63,255 bases of DNA, filler included, from 5 parts of 5 records of this genome joined end to end with filler, not necessarily neighbours in it, one strand, 5' to 3'. Positions 33,927 to 45,722 are shown, counted from the whole stretch's first letter. Translations and numbers: made by a program. The notes: a model not told the origin generated them from the letters alone.

Positions 33927-35180
33927 CTACAGCTTGCGGATAAAATCGATCTGCCAGATCATGTCGTCATCGGACATCGGATAGTGCCCGCCATCGGCGC
34001 GCAGGATATCGGAAATTTTTACCAGACCCAGTTTTTGCTGAACGACCTCTGCCGCCTTGGCACTCAGCCCCGCACGCCATGAAAGCGCAACGCATCCTTT
34101 GACGCTGCGGGTTTCGCGAACCCGCTCGACGGCCTTGTAGGGCACATCGGCCATCACGGCCAGAATAGCCTTGGCAAAGTTGATATCACCGCGCGTCAGC
34201 TCACGGATCAAAGCCTGTTCGTCCAATGTGCCCGCCGCCCATTCCTGTGCCGCACGATCAAAGACATTGTCATCATCAGGACGCATCCCGCGCGGCACAT
34301 TTCCGCTTTCATCGTCTTCCTCCGGCAACAGGGCGACGCCGTCACCCAAGCGTTTCAGAACGACTTCACGTACCGCTATTGTTGCTTCGATGGACAGGTC
34401 ATTGCGGGCCTGCATGCGTTTCAGGACATCCTCGGCAACCACCTGAGCGATCTTCACGGCGGCCGTCGACGGCAGTTTGGGACGCATCGCCAGAGGCATA
34501 TGCCAAAGATCGACCTGCTCCGCCTCGGCAATCAGCCGGTCCAGTGTTTCCTCGCGAATTTGCGCACTGGCATTGCCCAACAACAGGGCAATGGCTTCCA
34601 GGTCGTGGCTTTCAACGATCGCATCGCTGACATCGTCCGAAACCCCGGTCCGCTGCGAAACCGCCGACACGGCACCCTTCGACGGCTTGGCCATGATGAT
34701 GTCGATCAGATCCGCATCCGTGAGAACGGGAGAAGACATCAATACCGGTGCGGCAACAACCGTTTCCACATCCCATGCCAGACGGCGGATAACATCAGCC
34801 GGCGCAGAAGCGACCTCACTCAGTGCTTCAGAGAGTATCTGGCGGACCCGCATCTCCTGATCCTTGGCCAGAAGCATCATGGCTTCGTGCGCCAGTTCCC
34901 TGAGCTTGGAATTATCCGCCGACGTACCGGATGAAAGACCGGAGAATTTTTCCGCCAGGACGGCACGAACACCCTCATCACTGTCTTTCGCCAAAAGCAG
35001 ATCGGCATGCGCCGGAGATGCCGGGTTGGCGGCAACGACGAGGCGGACGGCAACTGCGGTGTCTTCCGCAAGATAATACAATAGTTCCGGCACGAGATCG
35101 TGCCTCGCCGCCAGCGTCTTTCTCGCCTCTTCATCGCCATCCTGGGCGATTGCCTTTGCGTCTTCGTAGGTAATCGTCAT
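33927..35180 (-). CDS. DUF2336-family protein with N-terminal LRV/HEAT-like repeats
   Basis: PELLYYLAEDTAVAVRLVVAANP; VIRRLAWDVETVVAAPVLMSSPVLTDADLIDII; LLGNASAQIREETL. Confidence 0.8.
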   Translation of the reverse strand: MTITYEDAKAIAQDGDEEARKTLAARHDLVPELLYYLAEDTAVAVRLVVAANPASPAHADLLLAKDSDEGVRAVLAEKFSGLSSGTSADNSKLRELAHEAMMLLAKDQEMRVRQILSEALSEVASAPADVIRRLAWDVETVVAAPVLMSSPVLTDADLIDIIMAKPSKGAVSAVSQRTGVSDDVSDAIVESHDLEAIALLLGNASAQIREETLDRLIAEAEQVDLWHMPLAMRPKLPSTAAVKIAQVVAEDVLKRMQARNDLSIEATIAVREVVLKRLGDGVALLPEEDDESGNVPRGMRPDDDNVFDRAAQEWAAGTLDEQALIRELTRGDINFAKAILAVMADVPYKAVERVRETRSVKGCVALSWRAGLSAKAAEVVQQKLGLVKISDILRADGGHYPMSDDDMIWQIDFIRKL

Positions 35181-35312
35181 TTCATCCGCACTACGCTGGC
35201 TGCCGGTTCATTTCGAATATAGCGCTCTTCAAGACTTGGCAATACTGCGCGTCACGGCAGATTTTCATGAGATTCTTACGGCGGCCATACCGACTGTGCG
35301 TTTAAACGGAAT

Positions 35313-36611
35313 TCAGGCCCGCTCGGAGATGTTCGAAAAAAACTCGATGGTCCAGTCAATATCCTCTTCAGACATGGGGAATGTCTTATCGTCCACAGGT
35401 TCAATGATCTGCGACGGCGCAATCCTGCCCATCTGTTGCTGAACCATGATAACCATCGATGTCGGCAGTTTAGCCCTGCCGAGAAGCGCAACGATGCCGG
35501 TCGGGTTCTTTTCGACGAAAATCTTCCGCGCCAATGTCAGATCGACACCGGCACGAACAATCATTGCCGCGAACACGAATGCATGATCGCCGGCCTGAAG
35601 CGCCTTGATCACCACCTTGTCATTCAGTTTGCCGGCATCGTGAAGCCGTTCCACGGTATCAAGAGGCGGATCAACCTTGAGAAAATCAAATCCGGCGGCC
35701 AAGGTCTTCTTATCCATCTTCCCGTCACCGCCAAGGCGGTCTCGGACAATGTCGCTGACGGCAGCCATGGTCATTTCATCCAGGTCGGCCCGTCGCGACA
35801 GCGCTTCCAGCAGATTCTCGGCAAGAAAACCGGCCATCCGTTGAGCGGCACCTTCGGGCAGTTGCTTGCGCACGACCAGTGGCGGTTGCCAAAGTTCCTG
35901 GTTGGCTGAACGCTCGATCAGGTCATCCAGGGCTTCTTCCCTGATCTGTGCGGAATTGTTGCCGAGCAGATCGGCAATCCCCTCAACATCATCCGATTCT
36001 ATGATGGCGTCTGCAAGATTTTCGGAAACCGTACTCCGCCTGGCAATGGCTGCCACACCGCCCGGCGCCGGGCCCTGCTCGATGAGCTCGATCAGATCCT
36101 GCTCGGTCAGTACCGGTGAGAATTCCAGGACCGGACCGGAAACCTCAATCTCGATATCCCTGGCCAGGGTACGGATAATGTCGGAGGGTGCGTCGACAAC
36201 ATCCTTAAGAGCTTGCGACAGAATCGCCCGGACCTTGGCCAACTGGTCGCTGGCCAGCATTTCCAGCGCTTCATAAGTCTGCTGTTGAACTTTTTCCGAT
36301 GCCTCACGGCTCAGGTTAGGGGCAACCTGAGCGATTTTAAGGGCTAGCCCTCCACGTACGGTCGGGTCTTCATCGCCGGCCAGAAGCACATCCGTCTGCC
36401 GCGGCGCAGCTTTGTTGACGGCAACCGCACGGCGTACATCAACGGAGGTATCCTCGGCGAGATAATACAGAAGTTCGGGAGAGACGTCGGCGCGCTCTGC
36501 AAGCGCAGCCCGCACGGTAGGATCATTACTTCGCGCCAATTCCTTGGCGCGGTCGTAACTGATCACATCGTCACCGAGAACCCCGGTCATCCCAAAATAA
36601 TCCCCACCCAT
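35313..36611 (-). CDS. DUF2336-family protein with N-terminal LRV/HEAT-like repeats (paralog)
   Basis: PELLYYLAEDTSVDVRRAVAVN; IIRTLARDIEIEVSGPVLEFSPVLTEQDLIELI; LLGNNSAQIREEAL. Start may be 36590. Confidence 0.8.
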   Translation of the reverse strand: MGGDYFGMTGVLGDDVISYDRAKELARSNDPTVRAALAERADVSPELLYYLAEDTSVDVRRAVAVNKAAPRQTDVLLAGDEDPTVRGGLALKIAQVAPNLSREASEKVQQQTYEALEMLASDQLAKVRAILSQALKDVVDAPSDIIRTLARDIEIEVSGPVLEFSPVLTEQDLIELIEQGPAPGGVAAIARRSTVSENLADAIIESDDVEGIADLLGNNSAQIREEALDDLIERSANQELWQPPLVVRKQLPEGAAQRMAGFLAENLLEALSRRADLDEMTMAAVSDIVRDRLGGDGKMDKKTLAAGFDFLKVDPPLDTVERLHDAGKLNDKVVIKALQAGDHAFVFAAMIVRAGVDLTLARKIFVEKNPTGIVALLGRAKLPTSMVIMVQQQMGRIAPSQIIEPVDDKTFPMSEEDIDWTIEFFSNISERA

Positions 36612-36643
36612 GTCGACGGTTATCCGTCTAAATTTTTGATTCT

Positions 36644-38359
36644 TTAATCAGGCATTTCAAGTGGCGTGCCTGGCGGCGGCGCCATTTCGAACCCCCCTTT
36701 GCTCTTTTTCTTAACGGAATACATTGCGGCGTCTGCACGCGCAAGAAGGTCATCCAGTTTCTCGCCCGACATCGGATTGAAAAAAGCCACCCCGATGGAG
36801 ATGCCGAGCGGATGATCCTCATCACCCGACATCGAGATCATCTGCTTGCTGGTGGCGATCAGCTGACCGGCGCGTTTCTGGCTTGTCGGCTCATCGATGC
36901 CGTCCAGCCACATCGCGAACTCATCACCGCCCAGCCGGGCCACAAGGTCTCCGGGCCGTGAAAAATTGATCAGCATGTCGCGCAGAAAAAGGATCGCTTC
37001 ATCGCCCGCCTGATGTCCATGCACATCGTTGACACGCTTGAAGTTATCCATATCGACATAAAACATCGACGCGGTCTGGCCGCTGCGCTCCAGGCGCGCG
37101 ATCCGTCTCGGCAACTCTTCTTCATAAAATGCCCGCCGGTTCAATAGCCCCGTCATACCATCCGTGCGTGACAGTTTTACGATACGTTCGTGGTTGGCAA
37201 TCTGTTCATTTGCAATGCCGAGCTGGTTGGCGACATCGGTCAGCATCAGACGATGATCGTCATCCCAAACGTCGTCTTTTTTCGGCTTCCACATCGCCAG
37301 TGCGCCGTTGACGTCGCCGCGGTACTGCGTTGTTGCCAGCAATGCCGACCACCCGCCGATCTCTGCCGTGATCACGTCACCGGCCTTGAGGCCGCTGATT
37401 TTCTCACTCAGCTTGTCAACGCCTTCAACATTGCCGTATTCGGCAGCCACGGCGAAGGCATGACGATCCGCGTCTTCACGGTAGATGCGCGACCCCGCGG
37501 CACCGAGCGCACGCGACGAGGCGGTCGCTGCGGCCATCAGCATGTCATGCGGTTCGATTTCATCGCGGATTTGCGACACGATATAATTGAGCAGCTGTTC
37601 GCGGTGACGTGCACGGGCCAGAGCGGCTTCGCTTTCACGCTCTTCGGTCACATCGCGGCAATTGCCACGACAGCCGATCCAGGTCTCGCTGTCATCGTCG
37701 TTCTTGACCAGCGGCAGTGCCGAAACGACGACGCAGGCGGTCGTGCCGTCCTTGTTGTTCATCCACATTTCAATGTTATCGAGCTTGCGCGTCGACGTGA
37801 ACGGAAACGGGGTGTAGTCATCAGGGTCGATCACGAAGCTGCGTGCCGGCTGGCCGACAAGTTCGTCCGCCTTGTAACCGAGCGCGCCCTGCGGCGAGAC
37901 GAAGTTGAAGCGGCCCTTCTGATCCACTTCCCAGGAAAAATCGCTGGAGATTTCGACCAGGTCCTTATAGCGCTGGCGCGATTCCACCAGCGTCGTGCGC
38001 AAATTACGCTCCATCGTCAGATCGCGGGCCAGAAGCAGTATTTTTTCGACGCTGCCGTCGGCATTCAATGTCGGAACGGCGGTTACATCGAGCACCAGTT
38101 CGCCACGGCTGGTGGCAATGGCCAGTGTCGCATTGGCAATGCTGGCACTATCGGTGGCATTGCCGATCAGGCTCTCAATCTCACTGACGGCGCCGCCGGC
38201 CAGGGCCTTTTCGAGGCCTGTCCCCTTGGCGTTTGCCAGCAGTGTCTTGCCATGCGCGTCAAGCAACAGCGCAGGCCCCGGATAACCGGCGATCAGCTTG
38301 ACGTCGCTGTCACTTGCCTGCCCTGAAACGGCAGTTGCAGATGCCTCATTGGCCATCAA
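36644..38359 (-). CDS. Cytoplasmic PAS-PAS-GAF-GGDEF diguanylate cyclase
   Basis: RYKDLVEISSDFSWEVD PAS domain; GAF ending LTDVANQLGIA; DMDNFKRVNDVHGH; RPGD I-site followed by RLGGDEF. Confidence 0.93.
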   Translation of the reverse strand: MMANEASATAVSGQASDSDVKLIAGYPGPALLLDAHGKTLLANAKGTGLEKALAGGAVSEIESLIGNATDSASIANATLAIATSRGELVLDVTAVPTLNADGSVEKILLLARDLTMERNLRTTLVESRQRYKDLVEISSDFSWEVDQKGRFNFVSPQGALGYKADELVGQPARSFVIDPDDYTPFPFTSTRKLDNIEMWMNNKDGTTACVVVSALPLVKNDDDSETWIGCRGNCRDVTEERESEAALARARHREQLLNYIVSQIRDEIEPHDMLMAAATASSRALGAAGSRIYREDADRHAFAVAAEYGNVEGVDKLSEKISGLKAGDVITAEIGGWSALLATTQYRGDVNGALAMWKPKKDDVWDDDHRLMLTDVANQLGIANEQIANHERIVKLSRTDGMTGLLNRRAFYEEELPRRIARLERSGQTASMFYVDMDNFKRVNDVHGHQAGDEAILFLRDMLINFSRPGDLVARLGGDEFAMWLDGIDEPTSQKRAGQLIATSKQMISMSGDEDHPLGISIGVAFFNPMSGEKLDDLLARADAAMYSVKKKSKGGFEMAPPPGTPLEMPD

Positions 38360-38489
38360 TCAGCCCGATCAATTATGTCGTTCAGCTATCATACTAGAAG
38401 AAGCCCACCAAGAGTGCCAACCCGCGATTTGCCGGGCTATTTTTTTCATCCTTGCATCTCATACAACGCCAAAGTTAAGTAATCCTGTC

Positions 38490-39218
38490 ATGGCATCAGA
38501 CAACATCCCAAAAGACGCGTCACGCGGCATGCATCGCAAAGATGCCGATGATCTATGCGCGGCCAGCGTGTGGATATTTGACCTAGACAACACCCTGTAT
38601 CCGGCATCCTCAAACCTTTTCGATCAGGTAGACTGGAAAATGACGGCATATGTCAGCAATCTGCTGGGTTTGCCGCGTGAGGACGCCAGGGCCCTGCAAA
38701 AGCAGTATTTCCGGGAATACGGAACAACCATGCGTGGGCTGATGTCACGCCACAACGTCGATCCGGCGGAATTTCTCGACTATGTCCACGATATCGATCT
38801 GGCACCGATTTCCGCCGACCCCGTTCTGATCGCCGCCCTGGAAAAGCTGCCCGGCCGCAAGGTGATCTTCACCAACGGCTCGACCGCACATGCCGACAAC
38901 ATTACCCGTCATATCGGTATTGATCACCATTTCGAGGGCTGTTTCGATATCATTGACGCGGGTTATGTGCCCAAACCGGCCCCGGACACCTATAAGGCTT
39001 TCTGCCGCCGTTTCGATATCGATCCCGGCGAGGCGGTGATGGTCGAAGACATGGCCAAGAACCTTGTCCCGGCGGCCGAACTGGGCATGACCACCGTCTG
39101 GCTGGATACCGGTGTCGGCTGGTCACGCGAAACTTCCGAGGGCGGCCACGTCCATCACAGGATCGAAGACCTGTCGTCCTGGCTGGCCGCAATTACCGGC
39201 ATGCCTGCCCCGAGTTGA
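38490..39218 (+). CDS. Pyrimidine 5'-nucleotidase (HAD superfamily)
   Basis: WIFDLDNTLY, EYGTTMRGL, IFTNGS, PKP, MVEDMAKNL. Start is 38490 or 38529. Confidence 0.9.
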   Translation: MASDNIPKDASRGMHRKDADDLCAASVWIFDLDNTLYPASSNLFDQVDWKMTAYVSNLLGLPREDARALQKQYFREYGTTMRGLMSRHNVDPAEFLDYVHDIDLAPISADPVLIAALEKLPGRKVIFTNGSTAHADNITRHIGIDHHFEGCFDIIDAGYVPKPAPDTYKAFCRRFDIDPGEAVMVEDMAKNLVPAAELGMTTVWLDTGVGWSRETSEGGHVHHRIEDLSSWLAAITGMPAPS

Positions 39219-39294
39219 CACCCCCCGCACTTGGCGGCACATTCCGGGCGCGCCATTTAAGCTTTACGACCCAAATTTCTGACAGAGGAACATC

Positions 39295-40137
39295 ATGGAT
39301 ACGAGCCAGCTTGAACAGATCATCGACGCCGCCTGGGAAGACCGCGCCAACGTCTCACTGACCACGCAGGGTGAAATCCGCGATGCCGTCGAGACCGCGC
39401 TGAAAATGCTCGATACGGGCGAAAAGCGTGTCGCCGAGAAAACCAGCGGTGAATGGGTCGTCAATCAGTGGCTCAAAAAAGCCGTGCTGCTGTCGTTCCG
39501 TCTCAATGACATGAAGGCCATTCCAGGCGGACCTGGCGGTGCACACTGGTGGGACAAGGTTCCCTCGAAATTCGAAGCAATGGGCGATAACGCATTCCGC
39601 GCCGCCGGCTTCCGTGCCGTCCCCGGCGCCATCGTCCGCCACAGCGCCTTCATCGACAAGGACGTGGTCCTGATGCCGAGCTTCGTCAACCTGGGCGCCT
39701 ATGTGGGCGAGGGTACGATGGTCGACACCTGGGCCACCGTCGGTTCGTGCGCACAGGTCGGCAAAGGCGTGCATCTGTCCGGCGGCGTCGGACTTGGCGG
39801 CGTGCTCGAGCCGCTTCAGGCCGGCCCGGTCATCATCGAAGATAATTGCTTCATCGGCGCTCGCTCCGAAGTCGTCGAAGGCGTGATCGTCGGCGAAGGT
39901 TCCGTGCTGTCGATGGGTGTCTTCATCACCTCGACCACCAAGATTATCGACCGCAACACCGGCGAGATCTTCATCGGCAAGGTCCCGCCGTATTCCGTCG
40001 TCGTCCCCGGCGCCATGCCCGGCAAGCCGCTGCCGGACGGATCGCCCGGCCCGTCGCTGGCGTGCGCCGTGATCGTCAAGCGCGTCGATGCGCAGACCCG
40101 CTCCAAGACGTCGATCAATGAACTCCTCCGGACCTGA
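39295..40137 (+). CDS. dapD: Tetrahydrodipicolinate N-succinyltransferase
   Basis: [53 protein letters not shown]. Confidence 0.98.
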   Translation: MDTSQLEQIIDAAWEDRANVSLTTQGEIRDAVETALKMLDTGEKRVAEKTSGEWVVNQWLKKAVLLSFRLNDMKAIPGGPGGAHWWDKVPSKFEAMGDNAFRAAGFRAVPGAIVRHSAFIDKDVVLMPSFVNLGAYVGEGTMVDTWATVGSCAQVGKGVHLSGGVGLGGVLEPLQAGPVIIEDNCFIGARSEVVEGVIVGEGSVLSMGVFITSTTKIIDRNTGEIFIGKVPPYSVVVPGAMPGKPLPDGSPGPSLACAVIVKRVDAQTRSKTSINELLRT

Positions 40138-41305
40138 ACGCCACCCGGACCAGGACGCGGATGCCGTCGCCGTATCGGAAGCGCTGATCCGGCGCGCCAG
40201 TGTGACCCCGGTCGACGCCGGGGCACTGGACGAGTTGATCGCATTTCTGACACCGCTGGGCTTTGAGTGCCATGACCTGACCTTCGACGATCCGGCAGGC
40301 GAGCCGACCCGGAACGTCTATGCGCGGTTCGGCACCGAGGGGCCCAATTTCTGCTGGGCCGGACATACGGACGTCGTCCCGCCGGGGGACCTTAGTGACT
40401 GGACCTCGGACCCATTCACCCCGGAAATCCGGGACGGACGGCTCTATGGCCGCGGCGCCGCCGATATGAAATGCGCCGTCGCCTGCATGATGACGGCAAC
40501 GCGTGACTTCCTGGCCGGCTACGGCGGCGACTTCAACGGCTCGATCAGTTTTCTGATCACTGGTGACGAGGAAGGCGATGCCACCAACGGCACCAAGAAG
40601 GTTCTCGACTGGCTTGCCGCACGCGGCGAAACCATCGATGCCTGTGTCGTCGGCGAGCCGACCAATCCGGAAAACATTACCGACATGGTCAAGATCGGCC
40701 GCCGGGGATCGATGAACGTATGGCTGGACGTCGAGGGTGTGCAGGGGCATTCCGCCTACCCGCATCTGGCCGACAACCCGATCCACAAAATGCTCAATCT
40801 GCTGTCGTCCCTGACCAATGTGCCCCTTGATGAGGGCTCCGACCATTTTCAGCCGAGCACCCTGCAGGTCACCACGGTGGACGTCGGCAATGCCGCAACC
40901 AACGTCATTCCGGCCCGCGCGTCCGCACGGGTGAATATCCGTTTCAACGATCTGCATTCCTCTGACAGCGTCGAGAAGCTGCTGCGCGGCCGGCTGGATC
41001 AGGCCGGCGGCGGATATGAGATGCGCGTGCGCGTTTCGGGCGAAAGCTTCCTGACCCCGCCCGGCGTCCTGTCCGAAACCGTCACCGGGGCCATCCAGGC
41101 CGTGACCGGGAAAATGCCCGAACTCAGCACCACCGGCGGCACCTCGGACGCCCGCTTCATCAAGGATCATTGCCCCGTCGTTGAGTACGGCCTGATCAAT
41201 CAGACCGCGCACAAGGTCGACGAAAACGCTCGTGTCGACGACATTCACGCGTTATCGAAAATCTATACCCGCATCCTTGTGGACTATTTCGGGGCACCGC
41301 GATAA
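40118..41305 (+). CDS. dapE: Succinyl-diaminopimelate desuccinylase
   Basis: [50 protein letters not shown]. Confidence 0.96.
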   Translation: MNSSGPERHPDQDADAVAVSEALIRRASVTPVDAGALDELIAFLTPLGFECHDLTFDDPAGEPTRNVYARFGTEGPNFCWAGHTDVVPPGDLSDWTSDPFTPEIRDGRLYGRGAADMKCAVACMMTATRDFLAGYGGDFNGSISFLITGDEEGDATNGTKKVLDWLAARGETIDACVVGEPTNPENITDMVKIGRRGSMNVWLDVEGVQGHSAYPHLADNPIHKMLNLLSSLTNVPLDEGSDHFQPSTLQVTTVDVGNAATNVIPARASARVNIRFNDLHSSDSVEKLLRGRLDQAGGGYEMRVRVSGESFLTPPGVLSETVTGAIQAVTGKMPELSTTGGTSDARFIKDHCPVVEYGLINQTAHKVDENARVDDIHALSKIYTRILVDYFGAPR

Positions 41306-41318
41306 TGCCCGGCCGGTC

Positions 41319-41894
41319 ATGATCAGCCTGGCCGAAGCCCATCGCGCGCTTTATGGCGCGGGGCTTCTGGCGAGGTTCAACAGCGACGGCTTTCTTACCC
41401 TTGGCAATGACCGCAAAGCGGCGGCGCGGTCGTTCTATGCCGCTGTCATCGTAGCGCCGATGTATCTGATGTGGGTTGCCTTGTATGGCCAGCCGCATCC
41501 GGAAAACACACCCTTCCTGTCCGTTCTGCTGTTTGAAATCCTGGCCTATGCGTCAGGCTGGATGATCTTCCCGCTGGTGATGTGGCAGATGAGCAATGTG
41601 CTGGGCTGCCGGGGAAACTATTTCAGGTTTCTGACCGCCTATAACTGGGCGGCGGTGATCCAGAACGCCCTGTTCATGGGGATGGATCTGATTTTCTGGG
41701 TGATCGGCGCACCGGATGGGGCCCGCGGATTTTTCGGCCTGATACTCCTGGTGTATGTGCTTTTGTACGGCTGGTTCGTCGCCAAGAACGGTCTCGGGCT
41801 TGCCGCCGGCCCTGCAGTCACGGTCGTCGCGCTCGACCTCATCATTGCCCTGTTCTGGGAAATGATCACCGACGGGATGGTAATCGCCCCCTGA
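41319..41894 (+). CDS. Hypothetical multi-pass membrane protein downstream of dapE
   Basis: About five hydrophobic helices; ARSFYAAVI and FLTAYNWA motifs. Confidence 0.75.
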   Translation: MISLAEAHRALYGAGLLARFNSDGFLTLGNDRKAAARSFYAAVIVAPMYLMWVALYGQPHPENTPFLSVLLFEILAYASGWMIFPLVMWQMSNVLGCRGNYFRFLTAYNWAAVIQNALFMGMDLIFWVIGAPDGARGFFGLILLVYVLLYGWFVAKNGLGLAAGPAVTVVALDLIIALFWEMITDGMVIAP

Positions 41895-41922
41895 GGCAAT
41901 GCAGCGTCCCGGGGTCGGGATC

Positions 41923-42276
41923 CTAGATATCGACGCCGCCGCCCATCAGGTCATAGACCGGTTTGAGAATTTCCTGCCAGTCGAAGGTCGCGTAAATCGC
42001 GCCGACGCCGATCAACCCCATCAAGATCGGCGAGCTTAGAATCCCGCCGATGGTCAGAAGAATACCGACAAAGGCCCAGCTTCCCTGCCCGCGCAACAGC
42101 GCAACGATTGAAAAAATGAATCCCAACGGCGCAAACAGGATGGCCGGACCGAAAATGCCGAGCAATCCGAAACCGACAGCCATGTAGCCGGCCACCGGTG
42201 TCTTTTCGACGCGCCGCCGCGCATCCCGGTTATCGGTCTGTTCCCGTTCAGACAATGTCAGCGGTATTTTATCCAT
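41923..42276 (-). CDS. Small hypothetical membrane protein
   Basis: Hydrophobic core AVGFGLLGIFGPAILFAPLGFIFSIVALLRG; co-oriented downstream of truA. Confidence 0.65.
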   Translation of the reverse strand: MDKIPLTLSEREQTDNRDARRRVEKTPVAGYMAVGFGLLGIFGPAILFAPLGFIFSIVALLRGQGSWAFVGILLTIGGILSSPILMGLIGVGAIYATFDWQEILKPVYDLMGGGVDI

Positions 42277-42327
42277 GCGTCATCCTATCACGGCGTCCGG
42301 CCCGGCACACCCCGGGCCTTGAACTGT

Positions 42328-43077
42328 TCAGTCATCATCACCGTAGCGGACCCGGGTCAGATACAAGCCCTCCGGCGGTGCGGTGGGGCCGCCGGCGGCG
42401 CGGTCCCGTGCCTCAAGGGCGCGGGCAACGTCTCGGGGCCGCCATTTGCCGGTACCGACGAGATGCAGTGTCCCGGCAATATTGCGCACCTGATGATGCA
42501 GGAACGACCGGGCCTCGGCAACGATGTGCACTTCTTCTCCGGCTCTGGAAACAATCAACACATCCAGTGTCTTCTGCGGCGATTTTGCCTGGCATTCTGA
42601 AGCCCTGAATGTGGTGAAATCATGGTTGCCGGTCAGCAGTTGTGCCGCTTCGTGCATGGCATCGGCATCAAGCGCCGCCGGATGCCACCAGACCCGGCCG
42701 TAATCCAAGGCGGGACCGGCGCGCCTGTTCAAGATCCGGTACAGATAGGCCCGCCCGGTGGCAGAAAACCGGGCGTGAAAATCCTCGGGCACCGCTTCAG
42801 CGGCCAGCACACTGACCGGATGTGGCCGGAGATGATGGTTGAGCGCATCACGCACGGTATCCGCCGGGAAATCCTTTTGAATATCGACATGCGCCACCTG
42901 GGCCAACGCATGCACGCCGGAATCCGTCCGCCCGGCGCCTTGAACCAAGGCTTTTTCCCCTGAAAGCGCATACACAGCGTCTTCCAGAACTTCCTGCACC
43001 GTCAGGCCGTTATCCTGCCGCTGCCAGCCCCGGAACGGGCCGCCATCGTATTCGATCGTCAGTTTGAAGCGATTCAT
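42328..43077 (-). CDS. truA: tRNA pseudouridine(38-40) synthase
   Basis: [55 protein letters not shown]. Confidence 0.98.
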   Translation of the reverse strand: MNRFKLTIEYDGGPFRGWQRQDNGLTVQEVLEDAVYALSGEKALVQGAGRTDSGVHALAQVAHVDIQKDFPADTVRDALNHHLRPHPVSVLAAEAVPEDFHARFSATGRAYLYRILNRRAGPALDYGRVWWHPAALDADAMHEAAQLLTGNHDFTTFRASECQAKSPQKTLDVLIVSRAGEEVHIVAEARSFLHHQVRNIAGTLHLVGTGKWRPRDVARALEARDRAAGGPTAPPEGLYLTRVRYGDDD

Positions 43078-43207
43078 GCGCCCGCCTTAATCAAATGGGC
43101 CGTGTGGTTAACCCTTTAAGGTCAATACGGACTCCATATTTCCACAAATTGGTGCCAAGTTATGTCCGTTAATGACGAATAAATGTCAAACGTCCGGGGT
43201 GGGGGCA

Positions 43208-44250
43208 TGAGCGAGGACGATCAGGACTCCATATTGATCGAAAACGAGCGGGATTCTCTGCATATCCTGCCGCTCGACATTCTGCCTTTGGAAACCCCCG
43301 GGCTGAAACGTGCCCGCATGATCAAGAATGCGAATCTCGACAGCGTCATCGAGCTGTTCCGCGATGCCAACGCCGGCAGTGGCCAGCTCAACGTTCTGGA
43401 CCTGCCAAATGAATTCGATTGGGATGCCGGCAACAATCACCCCGACATGGTTCTTCTGCGCAAGGTCTCTGCTTTGCCCAGTTACGATGTGTATTCCCTG
43501 CGTGTGGCGCTCCGCCAGTTGGGCATCGACATCGCCGACAATGAAGCGCTGCAGCTGTCCCCGGAGATGAACAAGGAACTGACCACCTACATGACCGACT
43601 TCACGCGTCCGCTGATCTTGCAGATTTACGGTAAGGACGACGACATGAAGATCGAAACCTTCGAGGATGTGATCGCCCTATTCCGCGATCCCGATGTCAA
43701 AACCGCTCTCGAAAAACTGAAGATGATGGCCGAAAAGCTCGGCATCAAGCCTGAGGAAGTGCCGACCTTTATCGAGGATTACGGCGATATCTTCCTGTCC
43801 CTGTCCTACTACAAGAAATGTCTCGATTCCGTATCGCCGATCATCGAGAACTTTCTCGATTCCATGCCCGAGCTGCGTAAGAACTACAGCCTTCAGCACG
43901 ATCAGAGCCTGCAGAAAACCGTGAACATGATGGACAGCCGGATTTCCAAACTGACCAGCCAGGTGCGCAAGCGCTTCCGGGAATTCGAAGACGGTACCAA
44001 GGATATGTGGGACGATATTTCAGCCCAGAAGTTCCGCAAACTGCAATCCACCATCAAGAGCCACCACACATCGCTGGGCGGTGTGCTGTGTTCACTCTGC
44101 GTCAAAATGGATGCATGGCACCGTTTGTTCCCGACACGGCACAGCGGCGGGCCGCAGCGGCGTGGCGAGTTCATCATGCTTCACATGCGCCAGGGCATGG
44201 ACAAGATGCGTGGCATGGAAGAAAGCACGAAGATTCTGGAAAAGCTCTAG
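43208..44250 (+). CDS. Hypothetical soluble, largely helical protein of unknown function
   Basis: Long ORF with host-like codon usage; DSLHILPL...RARMIKN...GSGQ, LPSYDVYSLR, YGDIFLSLSYY. Start is 43208 (or 43183). Confidence 0.8.
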
Positions 44251-44257
44251 AGCCGGT

Positions 44258-45193
44258 TTAGCAAAGTCTGGTGCCTGGCGAAATCGTATACCCGCGCAGA
44301 AAAGCATCGGTATCGGTCATCGACTTGCCGGGCCGCTGCAGCCTGAGCGGGCGAAGTGCCCCCTCCGCACAGGCAATGGTCAGGCGGTCATCCACAACCA
44401 CCCCCGGCTCACCCTTCACGCCTTCGACAACTTCCGCCTCGGCAACCTTGATGCGTGCACCGTCATGCTCAAACCAGGTCCCGGGCCAGGGGTTCAGGGC
44501 GCGGATCGTGCGTTCCAGCTCCGTCGCCGGTTTGGAAAAATCCAGAAGACCCTCCTGGCGCTCCAGCTTGTGGGCATAGGTGACACCGGCCTCAGGCTGG
44601 GGTACGGGGGCGACGCCGCCACCGGCATACGTTTCCAGGGTCTCAACCAGCAAAGACGCTCCCATCTCAGCAAGCCGGTCGTGAAGGGTGCTGGCGGTCT
44701 CCTCGGCGCTGATCGGTGTCCGCGCTTCGGCGAGCACGCCGCCGGTATCCAGTCCCGCATCCATCTTCATGATGCCGACCCCGGTTTCCCTGTCGCCGGC
44801 AATCAATGCCCGCTGGATCGGCGCCGCGCCGCGCCAGCGCGGCAGAAGTGACGCATGTACGTTGAGACAGCCGAGCCGGGGGGCATCGAGGATTTCCACC
44901 GGCAGGATCAGCCCGTAGGCAACGACGACGGCACAATCCAGATCAAGCGCCCGAAAGGCAGCCTGTGCCTCTGCATCGCGAAGGGAGGTCGGCGTTCTGG
45001 CTTCGATCCCGAGACGAATGGCCTCGGCATGCACCGGACAGGGTGTTTCCCTGTGGCCGCGACCGGCAGGTTTCGGGGGTTGCGCATAAACGCACACGAC
45101 CTCATGACCCGCTTCCAGAAGCGCATGCAGCGTACCAAGCGAGAATTCAGGGCTGCCCATGAAAGCCAGCCTGAGCGGATTACGGGTTTTCAC
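44258..45193 (-). CDS. fmt: Methionyl-tRNA formyltransferase
   Basis: [46 protein letters not shown]. Confidence 0.98.
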   Translation of the reverse strand: MKTRNPLRLAFMGSPEFSLGTLHALLEAGHEVVCVYAQPPKPAGRGHRETPCPVHAEAIRLGIEARTPTSLRDAEAQAAFRALDLDCAVVVAYGLILPVEILDAPRLGCLNVHASLLPRWRGAAPIQRALIAGDRETGVGIMKMDAGLDTGGVLAEARTPISAEETASTLHDRLAEMGASLLVETLETYAGGGVAPVPQPEAGVTYAHKLERQEGLLDFSKPATELERTIRALNPWPGTWFEHDGARIKVAEAEVVEGVKGEPGVVVDDRLTIACAEGALRPLRLQRPGKSMTDTDAFLRGYTISPGTRLC

Positions 45194-45200
45194 GCCCGGT

Positions 45201-45722
45201 TCACGCGGTTTGCTGGGCGAGTTTTTTCGCCTTCTGCAGCTTGCGCAGGATCATGTTGCGCTTCAGCGACGAGACGTGATCGACGAACAACACTCCGTCC
45301 AGATGATCGATTTCATGCTGGATACAGGTGGCCATGATGCCCTCGGCCTTGAATTCCCGGATTTCATTGTCGCGGTCCAGGTAGCGGACCTTGACCCAGT
45401 CGGGACGCTCCACTTCGGCATAATGCTCCGGCAGGGACAGGCAGCCTTCCTCGTGAATCCGGTCATAGTCGGAAATTTCAACGATCTGCGGATTGGCCAG
45501 CGCCATGGGCTTCGGGTCTTCATTCTCGCGCGAAACGTCGACGACGATCACCCGGCGGCTATCGCCGACCTGGGGTGCGGCCAGACCAATCCCGTGCGCG
45601 GCATACATGGATTCAAGCATATCATCCATCAGCTTGCGCACGTCGTCATCGACGGTTTCAACCGGCTTCGCCTTGATCTTCAGGCGCGGGTCCGGTGCTA
45701 CAATGATCGGCATGACGGCCAT
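45201..45722 (-). CDS. def: Peptide deformylase
   Basis: [22 protein letters not shown]. Confidence 0.98.
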   Translation of the reverse strand: MAVMPIIVAPDPRLKIKAKPVETVDDDVRKLMDDMLESMYAAHGIGLAAPQVGDSRRVIVVDVSRENEDPKPMALANPQIVEISDYDRIHEEGCLSLPEHYAEVERPDWVKVRYLDRDNEIREFKAEGIMATCIQHEIDHLDGVLFVDHVSSLKRNMILRKLQKAKKLAQQTA

